Sequence record: SRR2962707_3652
Strand: one strand, 5' to 3'
DNA length: 46,348 nucleotides
In this document: piece after piece, positions 9,368 through 19,608 of the stretch
Numbering within the stretch: the first letter of the stretch is position 1
How the letters are laid out: every line of letters begins with the position of its first letter
Made by a program: the position numbers and the translations under genes
The notes under the pieces: generated by a model
What the model was told of the DNA's origin: nothing
What the model saw: the letters and a program-made list of their open reading frames with translations, nothing else
Databases searched by the model: none

Positions 9368-10330
9368 TCATTTTAATAAATAAAAATTATCTTCTCTATC
9401 CCTCTCAATTAAAATCTGATCAGGATCAACTTCGACTTTCACTGGTTGATCTTTAAAGTTGAATCTTAACTCATTATTTCCTGATTTTAGCCTCACCTTT
9501 TTATCAAACAAAACCTCACCATCCTTATTGGTTATTTTCATCGGAAAGTATTCATCCATTAGAACCTCAGTTTCATCCCCGAAATCATCAGCTTCTAATT
9601 TTTTCGAGAGGACATTCACATTTAGCAAGTAGGAATCACCTTCATTCTTTACTTCAGCACTTTCTACTTTATGATTATATAAAATGATGTGTTCAAAAAG
9701 GTCTTCAACTAAATATTGTAATGAATCAGGAGTTACTTTTTTTAACTCATTCACAAGATCTTTGGATGTTGGGAACGGTCCTGTTTCTTTCAAGCCAAAT
9801 TGAATCACTAGTCTTTTAAGTGCATGATTTACACTATCTTCTCCGATATACTCTTTCAGGGCATACATCGCCATTGCTCCTTTGTAGTAAATAAGGTAAC
9901 CCTGGTTTTTAGAGGTGAGTAATGGCTCTTCCCCATGATAATCCCTTCTTCGCCATCTGAAGTACAGATAAGCTTGATCATTCAAATATTCCAATACTTT
10001 ATCTCTTCCATATTCTTGCTCCAGGCACATAAGTCTCACCCACTGTGCCATGGTTTCGGTCAATATTCCTCTACCTTCAACAGCTGCTGGCCTCACAATA
10101 TGTGCCCACCATTGATGTGCAAATTCATGTGTAGTGGTATTAAATACCACATCCATAGCATCAGGATGTTCCAAGTTGCTTATGAATCCACCGTATTCCT
10201 GCCAGGCAAAAAGTGTAGGGATGCTTAATGCAGTCCCACTTCCAGGATAGCTAACATTGCTTATCTCCACAACACGTGCTGCCTTATATGGATAATCCGA
10301 AAAGTTTTTGGAACAATAATCCAAAGCGTG
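9368..10330 (-). pseudogene. 5'-truncated M1 family aminopeptidase (C-terminal portion)
   Basis: HEFAHQWW..E zincin motif, YYKG, VDPDQILIER; N-terminus replaced by out-of-frame M23 gene sequence. Confidence 0.85.
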
Positions 10331-10922
10331 TCCCGTCTTCATTGGATTCGATAAAGCCGATGACTTCACCGGACCTCATGGCTAAAATGTTTGTACCAAT
10401 TGGCATTTCAAAATCGTAGGCAAACCAATTATGATGCCCCCAAGCGGGATTAGGTGGGCAATAACTCTGATTGACTAAATAGCTTTCCCCAATCTTAAAG
10501 GGAAGAACATATTTGGAGTTTTGCGGATCACCAAATTGTGAATCACAAACTATCTCCCCCAGTTTAACATCAATAAAATAGGTTTGTTTAACTGTATCAA
10601 TATAGTTTGTTGCTAAGATTTTAACGGTGAATCGTCTATCCTCATTTCCCCAACCGGGAGTACCAGACAATGTAGAGGTGGTGGAATCAAATGATATCCA
10701 ACTTGGGGTTGTAATACTATAAACAGTTGTATCACCGGCACTTAACTCAGTCCTAATTTTATAAGCGTATACCCGATTGTGATCAGTCGACTTACCTGGT
10801 GAACTTACAATTCTTATGGTACTCTCTACTTCATTCACATCTGGATCGGGATCATCAGTAGATGAACAGTGGGCACATACCATGATTAGAAGTCCACCTG
10901 CTACAATCTTTGTTAGATTCAT
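10284..10922 (-). pseudogene. Lipoprotein with Ig-like (He_PIG-like) domain and 3'-truncated M23 peptidase domain
   Basis: Lipobox CAHC-SSTDD, PSWISFD..TLSGTP, HHNWFAYDFEMPIGTNILAMRSGEV; lacks the later HxH motif, reads into M1 DNA near 10330. Confidence 0.75.
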
Positions 10923-10972
10923 TTAGCATAAACTTTTGAGTGCTAAATGTAGAAGACTTAAATCGATGATAT

Positions 10973-10986
10973 TTGTTAAAAGTTGC
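10973..10986 (-). promoter_or_regulatory. GCAA-N5-GACAA box variant
   Basis: Minus strand GCAACTTTTAACAA, 50 nt upstream of ATG 10922. Confidence 0.55.
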
Positions 10987-11070
10987 TTGTTGTAATTTTT
11001 CTAGGGTTACATGATATCCGTATCACAATTACAAATCTCAAGAATCAGATGTGGAATGAGCACAACTGGT

Positions 11071-12825
11071 TTAGTCTCTGAATACCCAATTTAATTTGCT
11101 AGATTCAAGCGGATTGATCCTCTTGGATTTACCCTTCCCAAGCCGCTCTGCCGCCTCCCACCATGAAACGAATGCCTTATAGGCTTCATTTAATTTTTCA
11201 TCAGAATTATGAGGGATATAGTGCCCTCTTTTAGAATTAGTCTTAACCCTGTCATCTTCATTTTCTAGCAGGGGAGTAGGAGATATGAACCAGGCTTTTC
11301 TTGGTTTTCTACCTTCGTTTTTCCTAATGGAATCGATCAGCCACATAGCGATAATTCCTACTTGGCATTTATCAACATAAACCCTACTCAAGATATTTCT
11401 TGGGAATCGATCGATGATTTTTGAGTTGTTTGCAACTTCTAGTAGTTCGGTTATATCGTTCCATTCAAGTTTAGGGGGATAATCTGCTTCGTACCTATTG
11501 TTTACGAGATTATCTATGAATATTGATACATTTTCAATAGTACTTTGTTTCCGTTGATCTTTTTTATTAAAAGTATAAATTTCCATTTCATTATCTACTT
11601 TCACATTTCCTTTGGTTTGCTCGAACTGGCTCTCAATAGAGCCCCATTTAGAGAGTGATTTTTCAATGAGCGGAGGTATGGAATGTTCATCACCAGAATT
11701 CCAAAATACAGCATTGTAGTCAAGTCCTGTAACAGGTAGTCTTATTTCATTTTCAAATTTTTTGGGTTGTTCACTGAGTGGTTGAAAGTCAGTAAACCTG
11801 ATATCTCTTACATTTTTGTAGTTATACAGGATTCTACCTGTCAGTTTTTCTATTATTTGAGAGAACTCCTCCATTACAACCCGCTCTATTGGGTGCTTAT
11901 CATTCTCTTCTCCGAAGAAATAAGTACTGGTTGTTCGATATCTGTATTCCTTATAGATTTTGTTATTAAAAGGACTGCCTCCAATAAATACTCCGAACTG
12001 AGAACTATTAGTGGTTCTTGTTGCCATGGAGAGTTGGTTATCACTTTCACGTACATAGAAAAGGGTTTCAATTCCATCTTCAGCTCTATTAGAAATCACA
12101 AGGTGCTTTTCAGTATCAATCATGGTAACGTCGGAAATATTCAATTCCACAGAGTCAATCTCATTAGCTAGTTTCTGAAGATATTTTTCCATACTAACTC
12201 CGATACTCCACTCAAGTCCATAGCTTTTGGAAGCATTCTTTTCAGCAATGAAAGGAAATCTTGAGTGGTCGATTGTACGTCTGTGTTCAATAGCCTCATA
12301 TCCAAATGGATTTTCCACTTCACCTCTATAGTATAGATTAAAGGCAATCTCCTCCAACATAGTGTATTCTTCATCTTCTTGTCTGCTTATTGAAATAATC
12401 CCTTTTCGGAGGTGGTAATTATTCTCGTTTGAAGAAGGATGAATACGATTAATAGCTGTTTTCAATACTTTATTAGCAGCATAAATAATAACCTCATCTA
12501 ATTCTATTGTCTTTGTTTCAAGCGTGTATTTTAGATTATTAGAATCAAGTAATTCCTTGATGGGTATTTCCACTGGATTATATCCAACATAGGTGGCAAC
12601 TATTGTATCATGTAAGTATTTCGAGGGGAGATTGAATGAGAACTCACCTTTTAGATCTGAAATCCCACCCATATTTTTATTCTTAATATAAATATGGGCA
12701 AATGATGCAGGACCAACTTCAGAAAGTCTCAGTTTACCATTGATGAAAAGATACTCATCTTGCTTTTGTGCGTGGCTCAGTAAATTGAAAAAAAGAACTA
12801 CGATTATTGCTATATAGTTTTTCAT
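11071..12825 (-). CDS. Exported protein: carboxypeptidase-regulatory-like N-domain plus probable DUF4943-like C-domain
   Basis: SFAHIYIK..GGISDLKGEF..TYVGY..ELDEVII; C-terminal PKLEWNDITELL..FPRN..GIIAMWLIDSIR. Confidence 0.7.
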   Translation of the reverse strand: MKNYIAIIVVLFFNLLSHAQKQDEYLFINGKLRLSEVGPASFAHIYIKNKNMGGISDLKGEFSFNLPSKYLHDTIVATYVGYNPVEIPIKELLDSNNLKYTLETKTIELDEVIIYAANKVLKTAINRIHPSSNENNYHLRKGIISISRQEDEEYTMLEEIAFNLYYRGEVENPFGYEAIEHRRTIDHSRFPFIAEKNASKSYGLEWSIGVSMEKYLQKLANEIDSVELNISDVTMIDTEKHLVISNRAEDGIETLFYVRESDNQLSMATRTTNSSQFGVFIGGSPFNNKIYKEYRYRTTSTYFFGEENDKHPIERVVMEEFSQIIEKLTGRILYNYKNVRDIRFTDFQPLSEQPKKFENEIRLPVTGLDYNAVFWNSGDEHSIPPLIEKSLSKWGSIESQFEQTKGNVKVDNEMEIYTFNKKDQRKQSTIENVSIFIDNLVNNRYEADYPPKLEWNDITELLEVANNSKIIDRFPRNILSRVYVDKCQVGIIAMWLIDSIRKNEGRKPRKAWFISPTPLLENEDDRVKTNSKRGHYIPHNSDEKLNEAYKAFVSWWEAAERLGKGKSKRINPLESSKLNWVFRD

Positions 12826-12830
12826 GCTTT

Positions 12831-14345
12831 TCAGTTTAATATTCTTTGAAATTTTATCCCTTCTATAGTCACCTGTTCTGCCTTTTCAATTTGGTTTTGA
12901 AAATAGAAGACCGCCTTGTCTGTAAACAAATGCGAATTGCTTACGATGAAAAAAGTATCGTCCCCCAAATACCTGGAGGTAAATTGAAGATTACCCAAAC
13001 TGACAAGAAGCGCTCCTTCATTTTCGCTAACATTGACAATGCCAAGTACGTCACTACTGTAAACACCAGTATAACTACTCAATTGTCTGATGTTAGGAAT
13101 ATCTTGTTTGCCAATTGTGAGAATGCTGTCAAATTCATGTTTGTATTTCTTCCAGTTAGAATTCCAGTTTGATAATTCACTATCAAGGTGGCTTTCAAAA
13201 TCACTTCTTTCTAGAAACTGCCCTAGTATAAAACTTAGGATTGGGTATACTACCGGGTTTAGTTGATTGGACATTATAGTTACTCCCAATCCTGTCTCTC
13301 GATTTAATGCACAGATTGCAACATACCCACTGTAACCACCTGAGTGAGAGGATATCTGATATTCTCCCCAATCTGATTGCAACCATCCAATTCCATATCC
13401 ATAGCTATTAAAAGGACCATGATTTTCATACAACCCGACTAAGTCTGTATGGACGCTATCTAGTTTTTCTTTGGAAAGAAGAGCGGGAGATCTATTCAGG
13501 TGAAACTTCATCCATTTGTTCATATCCTCAATGGTAGTGATCAATCCCCCAGCTGCATGCATTGTTTTATCATTCTTAGGAAATTTGACCGATCTGAAGT
13601 TATTGTTGGGAATTTCACCAGGCTTTGTATTAGTTAGGTTGTACATATGAGGCTTTGCCAAAGAATCAGGATGATATTTTGACACGTATGCCGAGGTATT
13701 TTGCATTTCAAGCGGATCCAATAAAGTAGTGCTAAGAAGCGTTTTCCAGTTAGTTTTTAGTTTGTCTTCTAAAATCATCCCTGCTATGATGTAACCAAGA
13801 TTGGAATATTGATACCCTTTAGTAGTGGAATAGCTAGATTCTTTAAAATCTAATAGTATTTCTTCTTTTGAGAAATCACCTGAATATGCTGTTTTGAATG
13901 GAACCGAATAGTTTCCGATACCGGAAGTATGGGTCAAAAGGTCGATGAATTTTACATCATCTAAAGTGACGTCATTGGTAAGCTCGAAAGGAATTGCGGT
14001 TTCAAGTGGCTCTCCTAAATCTATGAGCCCTCTATCATCAAGTATTGCACATAGTGTACCAATAAATGATTTAGTGATGGAGGCGATATAAAACGGAGTA
14101 GCACTGTTTGCTTTGTGTTTTTTTTCTGCGTCAGCATATCCGTATGCTTTTTCAAGTATTGTCCGGTCATTTTGGACAACACCTACAGCAATGGCTCCTT
14201 TTACATCAAAGCGATCCATCATGACTTGGATGTAATTGTCAATCTGATTTTCTTCGGATAAATCAAATTCTATTTCTTCGGGTTTGCTTGATTTGGAACA
14301 GGATACTACTGTCAATAAGCTGATGACAAAAAATAAATATTTCAT
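12831..14345 (-). CDS. Serine hydrolase (beta-lactamase-like) lipoprotein (likely start 14345)
   Basis: Lipobox VVSC, IASITK, LLTHTSG, YSNLGY, HSGG. Confidence 0.92.
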   Translation of the reverse strand: MKYLFFVISLLTVVSCSKSSKPEEIEFDLSEENQIDNYIQVMMDRFDVKGAIAVGVVQNDRTILEKAYGYADAEKKHKANSATPFYIASITKSFIGTLCAILDDRGLIDLGEPLETAIPFELTNDVTLDDVKFIDLLTHTSGIGNYSVPFKTAYSGDFSKEEILLDFKESSYSTTKGYQYSNLGYIIAGMILEDKLKTNWKTLLSTTLLDPLEMQNTSAYVSKYHPDSLAKPHMYNLTNTKPGEIPNNNFRSVKFPKNDKTMHAAGGLITTIEDMNKWMKFHLNRSPALLSKEKLDSVHTDLVGLYENHGPFNSYGYGIGWLQSDWGEYQISSHSGGYSGYVAICALNRETGLGVTIMSNQLNPVVYPILSFILGQFLERSDFESHLDSELSNWNSNWKKYKHEFDSILTIGKQDIPNIRQLSSYTGVYSSDVLGIVNVSENEGALLVSLGNLQFTSRYLGDDTFFIVSNSHLFTDKAVFYFQNQIEKAEQVTIEGIKFQRILN

Positions 14346-14401
14346 GATCCTAAGGACGATCAAAAAGATTGATTGAGATCGATCTAATGCCTCAATCTGG
14401 C

Positions 14402-14430
14402 TGAAGTGTACCTAGAAAGATTATGAATTG
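14402..14430 (-). promoter_or_regulatory. Candidate LytTR direct repeats
   Basis: Minus strand CAATTCA / CACTTCA spaced 22 bp between LytTR gene and hydrolase. Confidence 0.5.
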
Positions 14431-14433
14431 ATA

Positions 14434-15579
14434 CTAATCAGACCCAATCCACTTACGGAAGTCAGGTGCAGTGATTCTGCTGATAATGTAATTTTCAGTA
14501 GTTCCCTGGAGGCTTATTTTGATTTTCTTATTATCAATAGAACAATATGAAGTAATTGATGACTTGGATATTAATAGTTGCCGATTGGCTCTGAAAAAAG
14601 ATTGCTCGTCTAGCAGACAACTGAGATTATTTAATGATTCATCTACTACAAATCTTTTTTGGTCTTTGGTAATTAGATAATTGATTCTTTCAATGACACA
14701 GAAATAGGCAATATCAATTATAGGGATAATATTTGTCCGATCGCCACTTTTGATTTTCAGTTTTTCAAGTTTAGGATCCGATTTAGTGTTATTGAAGGAT
14801 TGAACATGGCCAACAAAATTCACTGCCATTAAAGCCAATATTTTAAATGGAATCTCGAGATACCAGTAGTCTTTATATAATGAAATTCCGTAGAGCATTC
14901 TCAAAAACAAATAGTTAAATAAAATGTCCATCGGGATAATCAGAATTAGAAGCAAAAACCCTCTTTTTAATAGAAAGTAAGGTGAGTTTTGATTAAGGCT
15001 TTTTTGAATACTTTGAAGGATGGTCCAAGAAATTACTATGAGTAAAGAATGAAAACAAAATTCAGGAAGATATTCGTTGGTATTATAGAGTAGATCTTGT
15101 TCTCCATAGATCAACATTGTTCCTATAAGTAGAGATGAGATGGTGGCCTGCTTAAAATACCTTTTTCTAGATGAAAAGTATTCGTTGAGATATATAAGGA
15201 TATAGCTTATAAGGATACTTAAAACTATTTGCACTTTGGACAAGAAAGATAGACTGGCATCTAGGTTAGGAAAGTAAGAAGGCTTTGGGTAAATCCAGGA
15301 TATGATAAGAAATGTTATCAAAAGCATCAATATCCCTATTGATAATTCAAAGGAAAAACGAATAGGACTAGTAACCCATTTTAAATCTGATTTGGATATT
15401 TTTTTTCCTAAAACAAACGCCACATGGACTGAGATTACAATACATAACCCACAAATCAAAGCAGGTCCTATCTCAAAGTTTATTGTAAGAAAGGAAGCAA
15501 GAAGCCCAATTCCAAGTAGCAATATGGTTACTGGAATAAGGTTCAATTTAGTCCCTCGAATGGTAGTCGTGCTAAGCAT
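14434..15579 (-). CDS. One-component membrane LytTR regulator
   Basis: Multiple TM helices then LytTR domain (IAYF, FFRANRQLLI, ISRITAPDFRKW). Confidence 0.88.
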   Translation of the reverse strand: MLSTTTIRGTKLNLIPVTILLLGIGLLASFLTINFEIGPALICGLCIVISVHVAFVLGKKISKSDLKWVTSPIRFSFELSIGILMLLITFLIISWIYPKPSYFPNLDASLSFLSKVQIVLSILISYILIYLNEYFSSRKRYFKQATISSLLIGTMLIYGEQDLLYNTNEYLPEFCFHSLLIVISWTILQSIQKSLNQNSPYFLLKRGFLLLILIIPMDILFNYLFLRMLYGISLYKDYWYLEIPFKILALMAVNFVGHVQSFNNTKSDPKLEKLKIKSGDRTNIIPIIDIAYFCVIERINYLITKDQKRFVVDESLNNLSCLLDEQSFFRANRQLLISKSSITSYCSIDNKKIKISLQGTTENYIISRITAPDFRKWIGSD

Positions 15580-15805
15580 TGTTTTAACTCTATTTAAGGA
15601 TTCATTATGAAGTATTTGGTTGCATCATTATTAGAAAATCAATTGATTTAATAGTGAATCTATTGTTGGATTTTTCTTACTGATATAGGTAACTACACTT
15701 TCTCACAAACTTTTCTTAGCAAAAAACGAGCGTATAGAAGCTCATAAATCCATTTTTTGTGACGAACCCATGTTACATGAAGGTTTAATACAATGACTAA
15801 TTGAA

Positions 15806-15819
15806 GCAATATTTGACAA
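15806..15819 (+). promoter_or_regulatory. GCAA-N5-GACAA box
   Basis: GCAATATTTGACAA, 78 nt upstream of ORF start 15898. Confidence 0.7.
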
Positions 15820-15897
15820 GTAGATTCCGGTAACCTTTAATGTTTTAAGTGAGTAGCCCTGGAAATTTAATTATCAGATTCTCAAATCTTCAAATCA

Positions 15898-17241
15898 ATG
15901 AATGCTCCCTTAAAATCCCTAACTATTAAAAAATGTAGAATACTTAATATCATCTATATCAAGTGGCTTGTAATATCACTTTTCGGATATCTAATGAGTC
16001 ATTCTTTAAGTGCTCAAAATTTAAATAGGTATTTGAATGAAAGTGTTGTTATAGAGTCAATTTCACCTTTTCAAGAGGATTTCTCAGACTTATTACCACT
16101 GAAGGAAAAGATTGGTAATGCAAGCATAGTTGTCTTAGGTGAGATATCGCATACAGATGGCGCTACTTTTTCAAGTAAAACGAGATTAGTAAAATTCCTT
16201 CATAAAGAGTTAGGATTTGAAGTTTTGGCCTGGGAGTCAGGCTTGGTTGATGCCTGGATGATGAATAAAGCATTTTCACAAGATTCAAGCATTACTAGTG
16301 CGGTTCGTAATTTAATGTCTGGTTCATGGACTTCTAGTCAATACGTAATACCGATTTTTGAATATTCTAAGCTGAGTTGGAGCACAGATTTCCCGTTGAA
16401 AATGGCAGGATTCGATTCTGGACGTCCACCAAAGGGATATGAAAATGCTATGTATGTGCTAGAAATAGGTTACAACTATAAGGAAACAAAATTAACGTCG
16501 AAAGAAAAAATGTGTGTTGATAGTTTATTGAGAGCAACGTATGGCTATTTCAATAATAGGTATTCAATTTCAATTTCAACAGAGACTCGTAAACTGGGCA
16601 AAGCTATACTTTCAGGGCTGTTGAATTCATACATACCAATCAATGAAGACTTTAAATATTTTTTGAGATCCATACTAATGGACATTGAATTGGAAAACAT
16701 TAAATCACTAACGTTTGAATCATGGAACTATGTTCGGGATAAATATATGGCAGATCGAATTATGTGGTTGAAAAATCACTTTTATAAAAATAAGAAAATC
16801 ATCGTGTGGGCCGCATCTGCTCATTTTATGAAAAATTCGCACCTTGTTCACCGTATTGAACCTGACTATGGATTTGAAAGTACTTCAGTTTCATTTCCGC
16901 AGACAGGGGATTATCTAGACAAGTATTTTGGAAAAGGAATTTATACTATAGCCTTTACAACTTATCAAGGAGAAGAAGGTGTAGAATTCCCTAAAGGCCA
17001 TCGCTTTGAAAATTCATCCTATAGGAATAGTATATCGATTCCTCAAAATGCTTTAGAATCGGAAGCTCATAAATTGAAACATCCATATTTATTTATTGAT
17101 TTAAGAAATGTAGATAAGTCAACTCAAGATTCTACGTTTATTGCTCACCCTTTTGGTTTTTCTAAAGATGAAGCACAATGGGACAAAGTGATTGATGCGT
17201 TCTTTTTCATTGATACAATGTTCCCAGATAAGTCCAAATAA
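15898..17241 (+). CDS. Erythromycin esterase family protein (exported)
   Basis: IVVLGEISHTDG, RLVKFLHKELGFEVLAWES, RDKYMADRI, KIIVWAASAH, DAFFFID. Confidence 0.9.
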   Translation: MNAPLKSLTIKKCRILNIIYIKWLVISLFGYLMSHSLSAQNLNRYLNESVVIESISPFQEDFSDLLPLKEKIGNASIVVLGEISHTDGATFSSKTRLVKFLHKELGFEVLAWESGLVDAWMMNKAFSQDSSITSAVRNLMSGSWTSSQYVIPIFEYSKLSWSTDFPLKMAGFDSGRPPKGYENAMYVLEIGYNYKETKLTSKEKMCVDSLLRATYGYFNNRYSISISTETRKLGKAILSGLLNSYIPINEDFKYFLRSILMDIELENIKSLTFESWNYVRDKYMADRIMWLKNHFYKNKKIIVWAASAHFMKNSHLVHRIEPDYGFESTSVSFPQTGDYLDKYFGKGIYTIAFTTYQGEEGVEFPKGHRFENSSYRNSISIPQNALESEAHKLKHPYLFIDLRNVDKSTQDSTFIAHPFGFSKDEAQWDKVIDAFFFIDTMFPDKSK

Positions 17242-17455
17242 AGAATTATTAGACAATATCATTATAGAATTTGCTTAAATCGATAGGTAATTGATCTATT
17301 ACTATTTCCCTATTGATTTAAACTCCTGAACGGTCTTAAAGAAGATTTTTTTAAAGGTTTGTCCAATCGGGATATTGTGCTTACCTATTTGGATAGTATT
17401 GGATTCAATAATATCAACATGGGGCTAGGGTAACAATAGCGGTTTATGTTGAGAT

Positions 17456-18226
17456 TCAAATGTTAGTGCTCTTGTTAATAATTTGCTTGATTTTTTCGCT
17501 ATTGGATCTACTTACTTTCAATTCATCACCGTTAACGATAATAAAATACTCTCCATTTTTATGCTTTTTTAATGATCTAATCTGGTTGATCTTAATGATG
17601 TGGGATCGGTGTATACGCAAAAAATGAGACTTGCCTAGTATTCTTTCCATTTCATGCATCGATTCATAGTATAGGTACTTATTTGTATTGGTGAAAATTT
17701 CCACATAATTGCCAGCTGCACTTACACGAACAATATCAGCAATATTCAATAGTTTAATTTTGTCATGAATTTGGATAGCTATTCTTTTGTCGGAATCTGA
17801 GTTTGTTTTGCTTTGATCGAAAAGCAACTGCATTATTTGATCAAGTTTTTGGTTTGACTCGTGCTCGTCAATTTTCAATTTGACTCGAGTCAATGCTTCA
17901 TCAAATCTTTTGTTGGTATAGGGTTTTAAAAGATAGTCGACTGCATTCTCTTCAAATGCATTTATTGCGAATGAATCATAAGCCGTTGTAAAGATTATGT
18001 GGGGTTTAAAAATGAGCTTCTTAAGAACTTCCAATCCATTAAAATGAGGCATATTAATGTCGAGAAAAATTAAATCAGGCTTCCTTTCGTTTATTAAGCT
18101 AATAGCTTGTCGACCGTCTTTAGCTTCACCTATTATATTCCAATCGTTGTTATTATCCAGAAGAGCTCGAATGTAATCCCTGGCGAGTTTTTCATCATCA
18201 ATAATAAGGATGGTCCTACTGCTCAT
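17456..18226 (-). CDS. LytR/AlgR family response regulator
   Basis: IIDDEKLAR, LIFLDINMP, FTTAYD, DYLLKP, FLRIHRSHII. Confidence 0.96.
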   Translation of the reverse strand: MSSRTILIIDDEKLARDYIRALLDNNNDWNIIGEAKDGRQAISLINERKPDLIFLDINMPHFNGLEVLKKLIFKPHIIFTTAYDSFAINAFEENAVDYLLKPYTNKRFDEALTRVKLKIDEHESNQKLDQIMQLLFDQSKTNSDSDKRIAIQIHDKIKLLNIADIVRVSAAGNYVEIFTNTNKYLYYESMHEMERILGKSHFLRIHRSHIIKINQIRSLKKHKNGEYFIIVNGDELKVSRSNSEKIKQIINKSTNI

Positions 18227-19347
18227 TATTGTTCGTTTGGACGATCAGGCAATACGAATTTAACCTCTACACCAGGTTCAGAATGCCTATTGGAAATATT
18301 AAATACATAACTATCAATATAAGTACCTTTTAATCTACTCAAAGTATTCCTTATCCCAACTCCATTGGTGGTTGATAAATCAAACCCTTGTGGTAATCCT
18401 ATTCCTGTATCTGTAATTGTTATTGAAATGGAATCCTTCTGAAATCTTTTGATTTCAATGGCAATCATTCCTGAAGCCTTGTCCTTTAACCCATGTTTTA
18501 GCGAGTTTTCCACCATAGGTTGCAGTAGGAATTTTGGGATTCTGGTATTAACCAAGTCTTCATCAATGTCCCATACAACTTGAATTCTATCCGAAAATCT
18601 TAATTGTTCTATGCTTAAATATTTCTCAAGAAAAACAAGTTCCTCCTGAATAGGGACACAATTCTTGTTTTCAACATAAATGGTAGTTCGAAGCAAATCA
18701 CTCAACTTTGTTAGTGTTTCAATTGCATCTTCTTTTCTGTTAATTTTAACAAGAGATGCCACTGAATGTAAAGTGTTGAACAAAAAATGAGGATTTAGTT
18801 GCATCCGCAAAGCTTTTAGATTTGCCGTTAGCAACTGTTGTTCTAACTGCGTCGATTTCAATTCAAGTTGTAACGATTTTAATTCGGACTCCTTAAACTC
18901 AACATACCAAATCATTGCAAGATATAGGGCGACAATTAATCCGTAGATAATAAAGTTGCCTAGGAACTGTATAGATAAAATATTCATCCATTTGCCATAG
19001 AAATCCAATTTTGGATCATTATGGGTAAGCGTAAGAAATGCATAGGGCAAACTTCTGATGATAAGAACGAATGAGGCTACCAAAAGATGAAACGTGAATA
19101 TAAGCCAACCAGGTTTCTTGATTTTAATAATGATTTGAGTTGCACTTATTACAAGAGGTGTTATTAGTATCCAAATAACACCAACAATTGCATAGTCAAT
19201 TAGAATATGACTTTGCCGCAATGGTTCTCGATCAAGCGTAAATATTTCAATCCAGCTTTTGATGACAACCAAGGCCCACCAAATTGCCCACCCAAAACTT
19301 ATAATGAGCATTCTATATTTCCAGTCTGAAACTATTCTCTCTATCAT
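18226..19347 (-). CDS. LytS/YehU-type sensor histidine kinase (likely start 19347)
   Basis: TM N-terminus, QLNPHFLFNTL, LLQPMVENSLKHG, DTGIG, GVGIRN. Confidence 0.95.
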   Translation of the reverse strand: MIERIVSDWKYRMLIISFGWAIWWALVVIKSWIEIFTLDREPLRQSHILIDYAIVGVIWILITPLVISATQIIIKIKKPGWLIFTFHLLVASFVLIIRSLPYAFLTLTHNDPKLDFYGKWMNILSIQFLGNFIIYGLIVALYLAMIWYVEFKESELKSLQLELKSTQLEQQLLTANLKALRMQLNPHFLFNTLHSVASLVKINRKEDAIETLTKLSDLLRTTIYVENKNCVPIQEELVFLEKYLSIEQLRFSDRIQVVWDIDEDLVNTRIPKFLLQPMVENSLKHGLKDKASGMIAIEIKRFQKDSISITITDTGIGLPQGFDLSTTNGVGIRNTLSRLKGTYIDSYVFNISNRHSEPGVEVKFVLPDRPNEQ

Positions 19348-19484
19348 AACTTGGATGTTATCTTCACATAACTGAGAATACCATTCTCTTCCGCCACACT
19401 TTAGGTTAAAAATGTTCCATGCGTCCAATGGAAGTTGAATTCAATTATAGCGTAAATCCTGATCAAGATAGTATTATATATATG

Positions 19485-19533
19485 CAGTTCATTTATGGAT
19501 TTGGTCAACTCAAATAGAATGTAGCTCAACTCA
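19485..19533 (+). promoter_or_regulatory. Triple direct repeat, candidate LytTR binding array
   Basis: CAGTTCA (19485), CAACTCA (19506), CAACTCA (19527): 21-bp periodicity. Confidence 0.7.
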
Positions 19534-19608
19534 CGTAATAGAGCTTTCCACACTATAGGAAAAGCGCTTTATGGTAGTCTTTATGATAATGATTCAAAGC
19601 TTTCTAAA

